DNA of 20,000 bases, taken from the NCBI GenBank assembly GCA_009602735.1, contig WELA01000963.1, forward strand, positions 246,267-266,266, read 5' to 3'. A program made the position numbers and the translations under genes. Source of the DNA: Mesotaenium endlicherianum. Lineage: Eukaryota. The number at the start of each line of letters is the position of its first letter. Within the stretch, counting starts at the first letter, position 1. This document shows positions 9,662 to 20,000 of the stretch, one piece after another. The notes under the pieces are model-generated. The model did not search any database, was not told the DNA's origin, and saw only the letters and a list, made by a program, of their open reading frames with translations.

Positions 9662-11391
9662 TCACGACTCCAACTCTAGGATGGCAGACTTAGGGTTGGA
9701 CCCGGGTGGTCCTTTTTGGGTGCGCACTAGAGCTGCCAGCTCAAAGGCAATTAGTTTATCCCAGTTGCCACCCTCGAACAGAACTCCAACCCTGCCGTCT
9801 GTAACACGCTGCACTATGCCTGTGTAGTTGTGGTACATGCTCCTTGTGTCATTCACGCGCACCGTCATGCCGGGCATGAGAAGAGGAGGAGCAACATCTG
9901 CCGGCCTGGCCCGTGTATCATACTCCTTGCGAGCCTGCTGCAGCTCCCTCGACAACTTGCTAGGGGGGGGGAACTTCTTCACGAAAGTTTTCAAGCCCTG
10001 CAAACATGAACAGGGATAGAAAAGGAGCATACATGGTGTTCATTAGGGGATATCGCAATCACAAACATCAGCCGCCTGAAGCACAAAGTTGAGGATTACC
10101 ATCAATAGCTAGCTAACCCTACACCCAAAAATATCATGCGCCCCCCCCCTCCCCCNNNNNNNNNNNNNNNNNNNNNNNNNNNNNNNNNNNNNNNNNNNNN
10201 NNNNNNNNNNNNNNNNNNNNNNNNNNNNNNNNNNNNNNNNNNNNNNNNNNNNNNNNNNNNNNNNNNNNNNNNNNNNNNNNNNNNNNNNNNNNNNNNNNGC
10301 CCCCCCCCCCCCCCCCCCCCCCCAACCGTTGCAGCTCAATGGGTATGGGCGCAGCAGGAGTAAGAGGAGGGTAGTCTGTCAGCACGTGTGCTTACCACTT
10401 CCCCACCAGGGAAGCCGCCAGTAAGCCCATTTAGCTCCTTGTCAAATCCTGATGGCATCTCATTGGGATCCAAGTCCTGCAGCTTCTCCTTCTTGGCTGC
10501 TTCCTCTTTGGGCCTGGTGTCAGGAAACAGGCTTTTCTGGCCCTCTGGGGTGCGAAGGGACTGCTCGCCCGCTCCCAAACCTCTTCCTCCCAGAAGCTTG
10601 GAAATGTCAAAGCCTGCTGCCCTTGCTCCTCCTACTGACTGCTGCCTGCGCCCACAGACGAGGGCATTAAAAAGGTGGCATCTGATAAGTATGCCACAAA
10701 GAGCAAATTTAAGGCCAACTTTGGGCTAGTGACAGAGCGCTGAGGGCCATGCGTGTCAATGTTATGATCGAAATGTCGAGGACGTCTTGGGGGAGACCAG
10801 GGCAATTTAAACTCCTCAAAGGACACCTTGAAGCAAGGTTTATAGCCCTGCTTTTCCTCCTACACTCTTCTTCTACACTTTGTAATCACCAAGCAGAAGA
10901 GACAACGAGTATTTCATGCTGTATAAACGTTGGATGTGCCTCCTGAGGCAATAATAACAAGAGTATAGGCGTATCTGGAGAGATGCATAACGCAATGCAC
11001 GTAGTCTGCAGGCCAGAATGTAGACTTTGTCACCACTCATCTGAGACTCATGGGAATCCATATCTTTTCCTGCTGGTAGGAGACACTGTGATAGACACTT
11101 AGGCAGCTCAAATATATACCCACTTATACGCAGTAACCTAGCATTTCTGTGCAGCCATTCAACAAAATAGCTCCTCGTCACTGCTCCTCCCTACAGGTCA
11201 AATACAGCAAGCAGCGAGCGCATGTATTACCTTCGTGTGTGCTGGGGTACGGACTGACTAAGCTGAGAAATATTTCCTTGACAATGCCTGCTGCTCATAG
11301 AGGAGGCATCCTGCTGGCCAACAGCATTGCGAGCTGAAAGACCCAGGGTAAGAAGATGCAAGGCGCTTGAAGCCTGTGCTACTCCTGCCAT
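9662..11391 (-). CDS. ndhS: Plastid NDH-like complex subunit S (CRR31), 3 exons, 248 aa with N-terminal transit-peptide-like region
   Basis: Exons 11391-11231 (MAGVAQASSALHLL..., donor AG|GTAATA), 10645-10396 (LLGGRGL...GFDKELNGLTGGFPGGEV) and 9997-9662 (GLKTF...PLLMPGMTVRV...YTGIVQRVTDGRVGVLFEGGNWDKLIAF...KGPPGSNPKS). The SH3-like NdhS signature VLFEGGNWDKL is present; phases 2 and 0 are consistent. Confidence 0.93.
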
Positions 11392-12131
11392 GTTGTGCCT
11401 ATTCGAAAAATAGAAAAGCGTGAAGCCTACAACGATATGCGATTACTCCAAATGCAGTTCCTCCAGATTGAATGAACGACTAGAAGGATAATAGGTTCTC
11501 TGAAGTATATCTCGTCCTCTATTCTTCAAGTCTAGCCGATATGGCTTCACGGGGCTTGCAACTATTTGCTCGAGGGGTTAACTTATTCTGTAGCGAGTGG
11601 TGAAAAGTAGAATTGAAGGGACGAGAGTTGTCGAGAGCCACAGCGCTCAGTTCACCTGTAACGACAACGGACGAGCATGTACGAAGAGTACCAGTGACCG
11701 ATGACAGGCCCACTGCCGTGTGCGAGAGTGCGGAATTGCGGACGTACACAGATTAGATACACTTCTCTACAACCTCAAATTTGCCATGCAAGCACGGGAG
11801 AGGCACCTGACCAAGCTCGCATCCTGGCTTAGCGTCCGAGTTCGGTACAACAGGTACACCGCGTCAGCTAACGTCGACAGCCTGTGGGTAACTTGAGAGT
11901 TATAACACCCATGTTGAATGAAGCATGCACCAAACATGGCGCAGTTGCAAAACTAGTGCGTGCTCCAAAGCCGGTCCACTAGCTGCATTTTTTAAATTCT
12001 CACTCGTTGTTTCTGATTTGACAGGACTCGATCGATAGGTAAAATCCTTGTCTTAATTTGAGCTAGACGTCTTACCACTAAATAGCGGGACCAAACAATT
12101 GAGCTGGACGGTCTGAGCATGCAGGAGGTGC
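11392..12131. promoter_or_regulatory. Divergent intergenic region between ndhS and the SET-domain gene
   Basis: Start codons at 11391 (minus) and 12132/12243 (plus) face away from each other. Inferred from position only. Confidence 0.55.
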
Positions 12132-12242
12132 ATGCAGGGACTGCGGAAGCTGACGGAAGCAAGTCCAGCTGATTCTAAGTGGAGTTGTATCACATTACGA
12201 GCTTACGACTATGTGTTCAATGCACCTGCTAGTATACGAGTA

Positions 12243-15200
12243 ATGGCTTGGCTACCCGTTCTAAGACCCAGTGTCAGCGCTAAACCTCGTACCGTGATGA
12301 TGTTACTCTTTGAAAGGCACTCAGTGGCACCTGTCGCCTTGACTCCCTGGCTAGCAACTTCTGCTTGTGGTGTACGAAAGAATCAAGTTGACGTCAGGTT
12401 GCAATCCAGAACTCGAAGCACAGGGCGTGCCGGTATAAGTGCAAGGTTCAGGATGAGTTTGACCACATCTCACGGATTTAAGCTTCCGTCCACCCAGTTG
12501 GTGCCTGTGCTGCAGCCAGCACGCAGAGGGCACAAGCATGCAGTTAGAGCACTCGCTACTACTGCGTCAGAGGAGGTAAACGCTGAAAGTTCCAGATGTA
12601 CCGCCATTCTCTCTTTTAATCGGAAAATATGAGGCTTGACAGAGAGTCAGCGAGACACAACGGCGAGTCAGTCTTCCAATTGCAGCAATGCCTGAGGCGC
12701 AAAAAAGCGACCGGGGGGGTGGGGGAGAGGGGGGGTGGCCTCCTGTTCGCTCGTGCCTGGGTCTGCAGGAGGAGGGGGAGGAGGCGGCCATGGCAGGCCT
12801 GCTGGGGTGGGCCCAGCGCCACGGGGCTCGCACGGACGGGGTGAGCATCGTGCGGGACCCTGGCGGCCATGGGTGGGGCCTTGTAGCCGCTTCTGCGTGC
12901 CCGCGCGGACACGTTCTGGCGTCGCTGCCGCCCCAGCTGCACCTCTCGGCTGACCAGCACCACCAGCGTGGGGAAGCTGATGAGGATGCTGCTGCTGCGG
13001 CGGCGGCGGCAGGGCTGGCTGCGCTGCATGCTGTCTCCAGTGCTGTGCCAGGTACCATTCCCTCAGTCACGCCCACCTGAAAAAAGGATGCTCTGTGTCT
13101 TTCCTGCCACGTATCGCGATTGGGCTGAGCCTTGGCGCGTGCGGGAGGGGAGGGGGCGAGGNNNNNNNNNNNNNNNNNNNNNNNNNNNNNNNNNNNNNNN
13201 NNNNNNNNNNNNNNNNNNNNNNNNNNNNNNNNNNNNNNNNNNNNNNNNNNNNNNNNNNNNNNNNNNNNNNNNNNNNNNNNNNNNNNNNNNNNNNNNNNNN
13301 NNNNNNNNNNNNNNNNNNNNNNNNNNNNNNNNNNNNNNNNNNNGGGGGGGGGGGTGGCTTCCGAATGGACCGACAGACGAGCGGTGGGCAGTGAGGCTGG
13401 GGCTGCGCGTGGTGCACGAGCGCGAGCGCGCGCGCGCGTCCTTCTGGGCGCCGTATGTGCGGTGCCTGCCGCGTACCTTCAGCCTGCCCATGTTCTTTGC
13501 GGCCGGCGAGCTGGCGGAGCTGCAGTACGAGCCCGTGCTGGCGCAGGTACTCTCTCTTCCCCTCCCTCCCTCCTTCCCTCCCTCCCTTTCTCCCCCCTTT
13601 CTCCCCCCTTTCCTCCTCCCTTCCCTCCCTCCTGGCTCACCTCCCGCCTCTCGCTTGAGCTTCACAGCTTCGCAGCTTCGCTAACGTACAGAAGCACGTC
13701 TATGAGCCTATGTGCGCGTGCATGGGGCTGCGTCTGTCGTGCTTGTGTTTGCATACAACGTGCGTGCATGCATGTGTGGGCGTACGCGTGCGCGTGTGTG
13801 CGCACGCACGGGGTGTACGGGGAGGTGTGCGAGCACCTTCACGTGTGTCCACGGCTCACGGCATCGCCCGGAGGCTGGCAATGCTTGCGTACGTCTGTCG
13901 GCATGTCTGCCTGGCTGGCTAGCTCACGGGGGTGCCCACTGGCCGGGGGCAGGTGGCGCCCAACAGGTGAAGATCCGCGGTCGCTACCTGCACGAGCTGG
14001 CCACGTCCACGGCGCCAGCTGTCATCGCCCGCATGGGGAGCGCCGCCGCCAGGCAGTACCAGCTGCCGGGTCTGAACGATTTGGGGTGGGGCACGGCGGC
14101 CGCGGCCAGCCGAGCGTTTCGCGTGCGCGGCCCCGATCACAGCCCCTCCCTGCTGCCCGTGCTGGACATGGCCAACCACAGCCTGCACCCCTCTGCCAAG
14201 CTGGAGCAGACGCCACACGGGCCGGGTGGCACCTCCCCTGGCGCCCAGGTAACCCCCAGCTCCTGCTTCGTGTGCTCCTTCCTGGATACACCGCTGAAGC
14301 CGTAGCAGCAGCAGCAGGAGATGCAGCGGCACCGGAGATTGCGGCAGCAGTGACAGCAGTGGCAGTGGCAACAGCAGTGGCAGCAGTGGCAGACGCAGTG
14401 GAAGTGGCGGTGACAGCTCTCGTAAGTGTGTGGGGGGGGTTCCTCTTTCTCTTTATTCTCTTGGGGGGNNNNNNNNNNNNNNNNNNNNNNNNNNNNNNNN
14501 NNNNNNNNNNNNNNNNNNNNNNNNNNNNNNNNNNNNNNNNNNNNNNNNNNNNNNNNNNNNNNNNNNNNNNNNNNNNNNNNNNNNNNNNNNNNNNNNNNNN
14601 NNNNNNNNNNNNNNNNNNNNNNNNNNNNNNNNNNNNNNNNNNNNNNNNNNNNNNNNNNNNNNNNNNNNNNNNNNNNNNNNNNNNNNNNNNNNNNNNNNNN
14701 NNNNNNNNNNNNNNNNNNNNNNNNNNNNNNNNNNNNNNNNNNNNNNNNNNNNNNNNNNNNNNNNNNNNNNNNNNNNNNNNNNNNNNNNNNNNNNNNNNNN
14801 NNNNNNNNNNNNNNNNNNNNNNNNNNNNNNNNNNNNNNNNNNNNNNNNNNNNNNNNNNNNNNNNNNNNNNNNNNNNNNNNNNNNNNNNNNNNNNNNNNNN
14901 NNNNNNNNNNNNNNNNNNNNNNNNNNNNNNNNNNNNNNNNNNNNNNNNNNNNNNNNNNNNNNNNNNNNNNNNNNNNNNNNNNNNNNNNNNNNNNNNNNNN
15001 NNNNNNNNNNNNNNNNNNNNNNNNNNNNNNNNNNNNNNNNNNNNNNNNNNNNNNNNNNNNNNNNNNNNNNNNNNNNNNNNNNNNNNNNNNNNNNNNNNNN
15101 NNNNNNNNNNNNNNNNNNNNNNNNNNNNNNNNNGGGGAGGGGACAGCTGGTGGCGCTGCACCCCCTGGAGGCGGGCGCCCCCGTGAGCATCAGCTACGGC

Positions 15201-15959
15201 GAGCTGGACAACGACGAGCTGCTGCTGGACTACGGCTTCATCGTGCGCGGCAACCCGCACGAGCGCTTCTCGCTGCCCTTTGCCAACGTGATGCACATCT
15301 GCCGCATGTTCCAGCTGCTGCCCTCCCTCACGGCCACGCAGGCGCAGAACGAGGAGAGGCTGGTGGACCGCCTGGGGCTGCTGCACGGCCCCTCTTCTGT
15401 GGTCAGCCCCTTCTAGCCTTCCTCCCTTCTCTCGTTGTGTGCTGCTTGGACAAGTGAGCAGCCAGCCAGACTGCCAGCCAGCCAGCCAGCCCACTGGCTG
15501 TTGCCGCTGTTTTTTGCCGGCCTCTGACCTCGCATTTGCTCGGTATCCATCGGTGCGTGTCTCCCTCTCCCTCTCTCTCCCTCTTTCTCTCTCTGCACTC
15601 AGGTGAAGGTTGGACCTGATTATGTGGACGAGCGGCTGCGGGCCGGCCTGAGGGTACTGCTGGCGCCCCATCAGCAGCAGCAGGCAGAGGCTCTGAGGCA
15701 TCTCGGCGGCAAGAGCGGGGGGGCCACCAGCGCTGCCACCGAGGCCAAGGTGCTCAAATGCGTCATGGCTGTCTGCGCCGTGGCCCTTTCCAGCTTTCCG
15801 ACATCGGCCGACGACGACAGGCGGCAACTGCAGGCCGCTGGATTGACGCAGAATCTTGTGGACGTGCTCAACTTCAGGCTCGCTAAGAAAGAGAGCTTGG
15901 CTAACATGATCGCGAAGCTGAAGGAGAGTCAGGATAAGTTGCGGCAGCGAAGCAAGTGA
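12243..15959 (+). CDS. SET-domain protein-lysine methyltransferase of the Rubisco LSMT-like family, probably plastid-targeted
   Basis: Exons 12243-12575 (an in-frame ATG also at 12132), 12769-13051, 13377-13546, 13967-14248, 15147-15401, 15603-15959; 559 aa. Motifs GWGLVA, SFWAPYVRCLP, SRAF, LLPVLDMANHS, ISYGELDNDELLLDYGF...NP and an LSMT substrate-binding-type tail (FPTSADDD...FRLAKK). Exon 1 is R/S/T/A-rich. Start codon uncertain; gaps lie in introns 2 and 4. Confidence 0.88.
14300..14420 (+). repeat. Degenerate GCAGCAGTG-type tandem repeat in SET gene intron 4
   Basis: Repeated gcagcagtg / acagcagtg / gcagtg units. Confidence 0.75.
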
Positions 15960-16714
15960 GCGCAGGCGCATGTCAAGCTGCTTGCTCCTGTCTGCCATTG
16001 CAAGCACGAGACAGCCGGGTCAGTTGTTCGCTGCCGAAGCTTTGCAACAACTTGGCCTTACCTGGATTGATTGGGTGCACAGCTAGTGTGGATACCTCCC
16101 TTCTGAAGGCCGTCCGACTTGCAAGATGTGTGTTATGCGTGAAGCTGATCATTCACTTATGGCAGACAATGATAGTCTTATATATCAACAATTTTCCTCC
16201 AACAGTGTGGATGTGTATGCTGCTTTCTCCAACTAGCTGAAGGGTGTTGTCAAAGGTTAGGGAGAGAGATAAATCTGTTCGGCGCATTGTAAGAGACTGC
16301 GTGAAAGGCATGTCGAACTTGTTCAGTGCACAAACATATCAGCAATGAAAGCATCTTCATGATTTCCTTATTTCTTGTCAACATGTAAATACATTTGACA
16401 TCTTTGACCTGAATGAAACACCGATTCACCAAATAATCCCCAGCACAGATCCTTCTGCAAGCCGCAGGAAGGCCAGCTGAGCCCTGACTGCATCCTCCCA
16501 AGGCTGTAAGGCAACCTCATGCGCTTCATCTCAAAGGAGCTGACCAGCCGAAACGTGAATGAAGCGGCCGCCAACCTAGGAGGCTAGGACGTCACTCAGG
16601 GGCCCTACCACCACCGCAAGGTTCTCTCACTGCACATCATACAGTTATATGTACACCATCACCATCGTCGTTGTCGTCGAGGTGCATGGAAGACACTCGA
16701 GCTTGAGCTCGAGC

Positions 16715-19700
16715 TCAAGCCTGTCTTCTTGCCTTGCCCGGCTCCTTGGTGAACATGCGGGGAGCGATGGCCATGGACATAAGCTCCTGGAACAGGAGCT
16801 TGCACGCGTACGGTATGTGTATCTGCGCAAAAACCCCCCCCCAGCCACTCCACAGTGTTGCAGTCAGTAATCATGACAACAGCAGCAATCAAACCCGCCA
16901 TCATGCACATCTTGGACACACATCGCTGGCGCACTCGCTTGCCGTCTGCAAGTGCTTCGCTCCAAACACTGGAAGCATATCCTGCATATCCTCAACGGAA
17001 CGTATGCCACTTTAGAGAAGCTGCCGGCAGAGTAATAATCTGTGCACACGCCAAGGCCTGCGAGAGCGGGAGCAGAGCTCATGGTGCCCTCCCCCCCCCT
17101 GCCCACCTGCACGATGTCGGTCTTGTTCTTGCACCCGCGGCACTCGAACAGGTTCTTCTTCAGGTTTGCGTTGGCGAGCAGGCCACAGTGCTCGCACACG
17201 TGCACCCTGTACGCGTCGCTCTGGTCAAAGAGGCGCTCCTTCAGGAAGTGCGCAGCGCCGTGGGCTATCATGCAGTCCCGCTCCATCTCTCCAAACCGAA
17301 GACCTCCGTCCCTCGACCGCCCCTCCGCGGGCTGACGCGTCAGAATCTGCACCCCCGCCAGCACTCCCACCTCACAGCACGCCACAGAGCACGCGCCCAC
17401 AAAGTTACCCCATGAGCTAGTCACGCAACAGCACCACCACCAGCAGCAGACGTTCAGTACACACGAGCACACCCATCCACTCAGGTGTACCCCAGAGTAC
17501 TCAGAGTACCCCACCATGCACCACCCAAAAGCCTACGGACACTCCCCCCTTCTCCTCCCTTGCCCCTCCACCAACAGCCGCACTCAAGCACGCACCAGCA
17601 CCGCCCCCCCTGCCCCGGGCATCCCCCCCTCCACCACTTACACACGCACGCACACACACACACATAGGAGGAGAGAGGCAAACAAGCGTGCAGCGGGGCG
17701 ACGCGTGCGGCGGCTGCGGGCGCACCTGGACGGGCCCGCGGCCGCGCGAGTGGATCTTGTCGTCCACCATGTGCTTGAGGCGCTGGTAGTACGTGGGCCC
17801 CAGAAAGATCTGCGCCTGCAGGCGGCGCCCCGTATGGCCGTTGTACATCACCTCGAAGCCGCGCATCTGGTACCCGCATTTGTGCAGCGCCTTACTGATG
17901 CTGTCCACCGTGACGTCCGTGAAGGGCGTGGCGTCGCCCTCCTTGCCCATGTGCGCCGCAACCTTGCCCATCAGGCACTCCACCAGATGCCCGATGGTCA
18001 TGCGCGACGGGATGGCGTGCGGGTTGACTATGATGTCGGGCGAGATGCCCTCCTGCGAGAACGGCATGTCCTCCTGCGTGTACGTCATGCCCACCGTGCC
18101 CTTCTGCCCGTGCCGGCTCGCAAACTTGTCGCCGATCTGCGGGATGCGGATGGAGCGCACGCGGATCTTCACAAAGCGCAGCCCGTCCGCGTTCGTCGTC
18201 AGCACCACCTGCGGCACACCAGCAGCACAAGGAGAAATAAAAAAAAGCCGCCGCCGCCGTTGTCAACACAACACGACTCACAGTGAGTGAGAGGATGGGC
18301 GAACAGTCAGCCAGCCGCACGGGAAGCAGGCACGCAGGCAGGCTGGCAGGCAGCAGGCAGGTAGGCGCCTCATGCGATGATGGTGATGATCCTGGACAGC
18401 GTGAAGCATGTAGCGTGCACACTTCCCACCCTGAGTTGCGCGCAGCGTACACATCGCGCACACGACGCATACAAACACGAATCTCATGCGCACTTGCGTG
18501 CGCGTGCGCATGTGTGTGCGTGTGCGGGTGCGCGCCAAGTACCTGGTCAATCATGCCGCTCTCGCTGTGGCGCAACGTGGTGCTCTGGTCGCGCTTGGAG
18601 AAGCGCTGCGCCTGGCTGCCCGTGTCGTCCACGGCTACGGGCGTGGTCTTGCCGATGATCACATCCTCCCCCCCCACTCTAGTCCCCTGTTACCGACCCA
18701 CCCAGACACACACAGGGGGGCCTCTCGTCACATCTTACGCCAGCCTGAGCTTAGTCTATTCCAAAGGAAAGGATGAGGAGTGCCAGCATGAGATTCATAG
18801 GGGCGGGGCAAGGGGAGGGGAGAAAGGGAGGCGGGGGCGAGAGGGGCAAAAATACTGACAGGTGGAGCGAGGCCGTCATCGTCGAGCTTGTCGTAGGACC
18901 CGTGCCGCATGCCCTGCAACACACCGCACGCACATATAGTGCACGTCAGCCCGGGACGTCGCCCGTGCCAGCTGGGAGTTGTGATGCGCACAGCAGCCTC
19001 GAGAGGCAGATGAGAGCAGAGGGGAACAAGCGAGAAAGGGGGGGGGGGCGAGGAGGGGGGCTACGGTGGTGGTATCGCGGTTGGGGCGCTCAAACTCCTC
19101 CTTGACCAGCGTGCCCTGCTTCTTCTCCTCGTCGCGATAGGAGCGGAAGAAGATGGAGCGGAAGAAGCCGCGGTCGATGGAGCTCTGGTTCATAATGACG
19201 GAGTCCTCCTGGTTGTACCCCGAGTACGACGAGATGGCCACAATCGCGTTCTGCCCTCCGCACCACCCGCACACGCACACACACAGGCACACGCACGCAC
19301 ACGAGCCCGCACACACATGCACACATGAGTGCGTGCGTGTGCATGTGAGAAAGAAAGGGAGAATGAGAGAGAAAGGGGGGAGGAAGGGGGGNNNNNNNNN
19401 NNNNNNNNNNNNNNNNNNNNNNNNNNNNNNNNNNNNNNNNNNNNNNNNNNNNNNNNNNNNNNNNNNNNNNNNNNNNNNNNNNNNNNNNNNNNNNNNNNNN
19501 NNNNNNNNNNNNNNNNNNNNNNNNNNNNNNNNNNNNNNNNNNGGGGGGGGAGGGGGGGCGTACGATGCCGGCCGGGAGCTCACGGAAGTGCAGGTGCTCC
19601 ATGGCGCGCGTGGTGACGAGCGGCTTCTGCGGGTAGTAGAGCACGTACGCCAGCGTGTCCATGCGCAGCTGGTAGTTGGTCACGTAGATGCCCATGGCCT

Positions 19701-19965
19701 GCTTGCCCATGGCGCTCTGGTACGTGTTGCGCGGGCTCTGATTGTGGTCGGGGAACGGGATGATGGACGCGCACACGCCCAGGATGAGCGAGGGGTGGAT
19801 CTCGCAGTGCGTGTACGTGTCCGAGTACGCGTCCTGCGGGCTGGCGCGCGCGCCCGTGACGTCGGCGATGGTCATGGAGATCATGGTGGTCTCCTCCTCC
19901 ATGGTGTCCACGTACTCGATGAACCCCTTCTCCACCAGCTGGTTCCACCCGAAGTGGGTCAGCTC
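16715..19965 (-). CDS. RPB2: DNA-directed RNA polymerase II second-largest subunit, C-terminal part (5' exons outside the window)
   Basis: Exons 19965-19564, 19250-19065, 18913-18860, 18686-18543, 18208-17726, 17346-17107, 16822-16715, all phase 0 with GT-AG introns. Conserved motifs [68 protein letters not shown], the C-terminal zinc site and [12 protein letters not shown]. Confidence 0.98.
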
Positions 19966-20000
19966 CTGCTCGTGCGCCCACCCCATCCCCCCCCCCCCCC

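Noticed and set aside
11519..11749. 76-aa Ser/Thr-rich minus-strand ORF as the ndhS transit-peptide exon
   Set aside because: It has no ATG start, and exon 11391-11231 gives a good ATG context, a phase-matched donor and the expected protein length.
13132..16007. Very long ORFs (661-684 aa), and likewise 1368-2984
   Set aside because: Length is inflated by translating through N gaps.
1..20000. U12-type introns, given the minor-spliceosome gene
   Set aside because: None of the 26 modelled donors matches RTATCCTT.

Overview
Eukaryotic, intron-rich, gene-dense 20 kb window with five assembly gaps. Gene content (NDH subunit, ACL5, minor-spliceosome protein, plant-type RPB2) points to a green plant; a streptophyte alga such as a zygnematophyte is my inference only. 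Five spliced protein-coding genes alternate strictly in orientation: U11/U12 snRNP 48K protein (minus, 3' end outside the window), thermospermine synthase ACL5 (plus, complete, 10 exons), plastid NDH subunit NdhS (minus, complete, 3 exons), a plastid Rubisco-LSMT-like SET-domain methyltransferase (plus, 6 exons) and the C-terminal part of RNA polymerase II subunit RPB2 (minus). Most ORFs in the supplied track are shadows of GC-rich exons, microsatellites or N gaps. I saw no tRNA, rRNA, CRISPR array or autonomous transposon. Best leads: (1) an in-frame upstream ATG giving ACL5 a mitochondrial-presequence-like extension, overlapped by a uORF through a TAATG junction; (2) reversed intron polarity, with C-rich 5' ends and G-rich 3' ends lacking polypyrimidine tracts; (3) a possible U11-dependent poison-exon signal in the long 48K intron; (4) a hairpin-rich, Helitron-end-like island between the divergent 48K and ACL5 genes; (5) GC-AG introns. 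Protein comparisons are from my memory of the families, not from searches.
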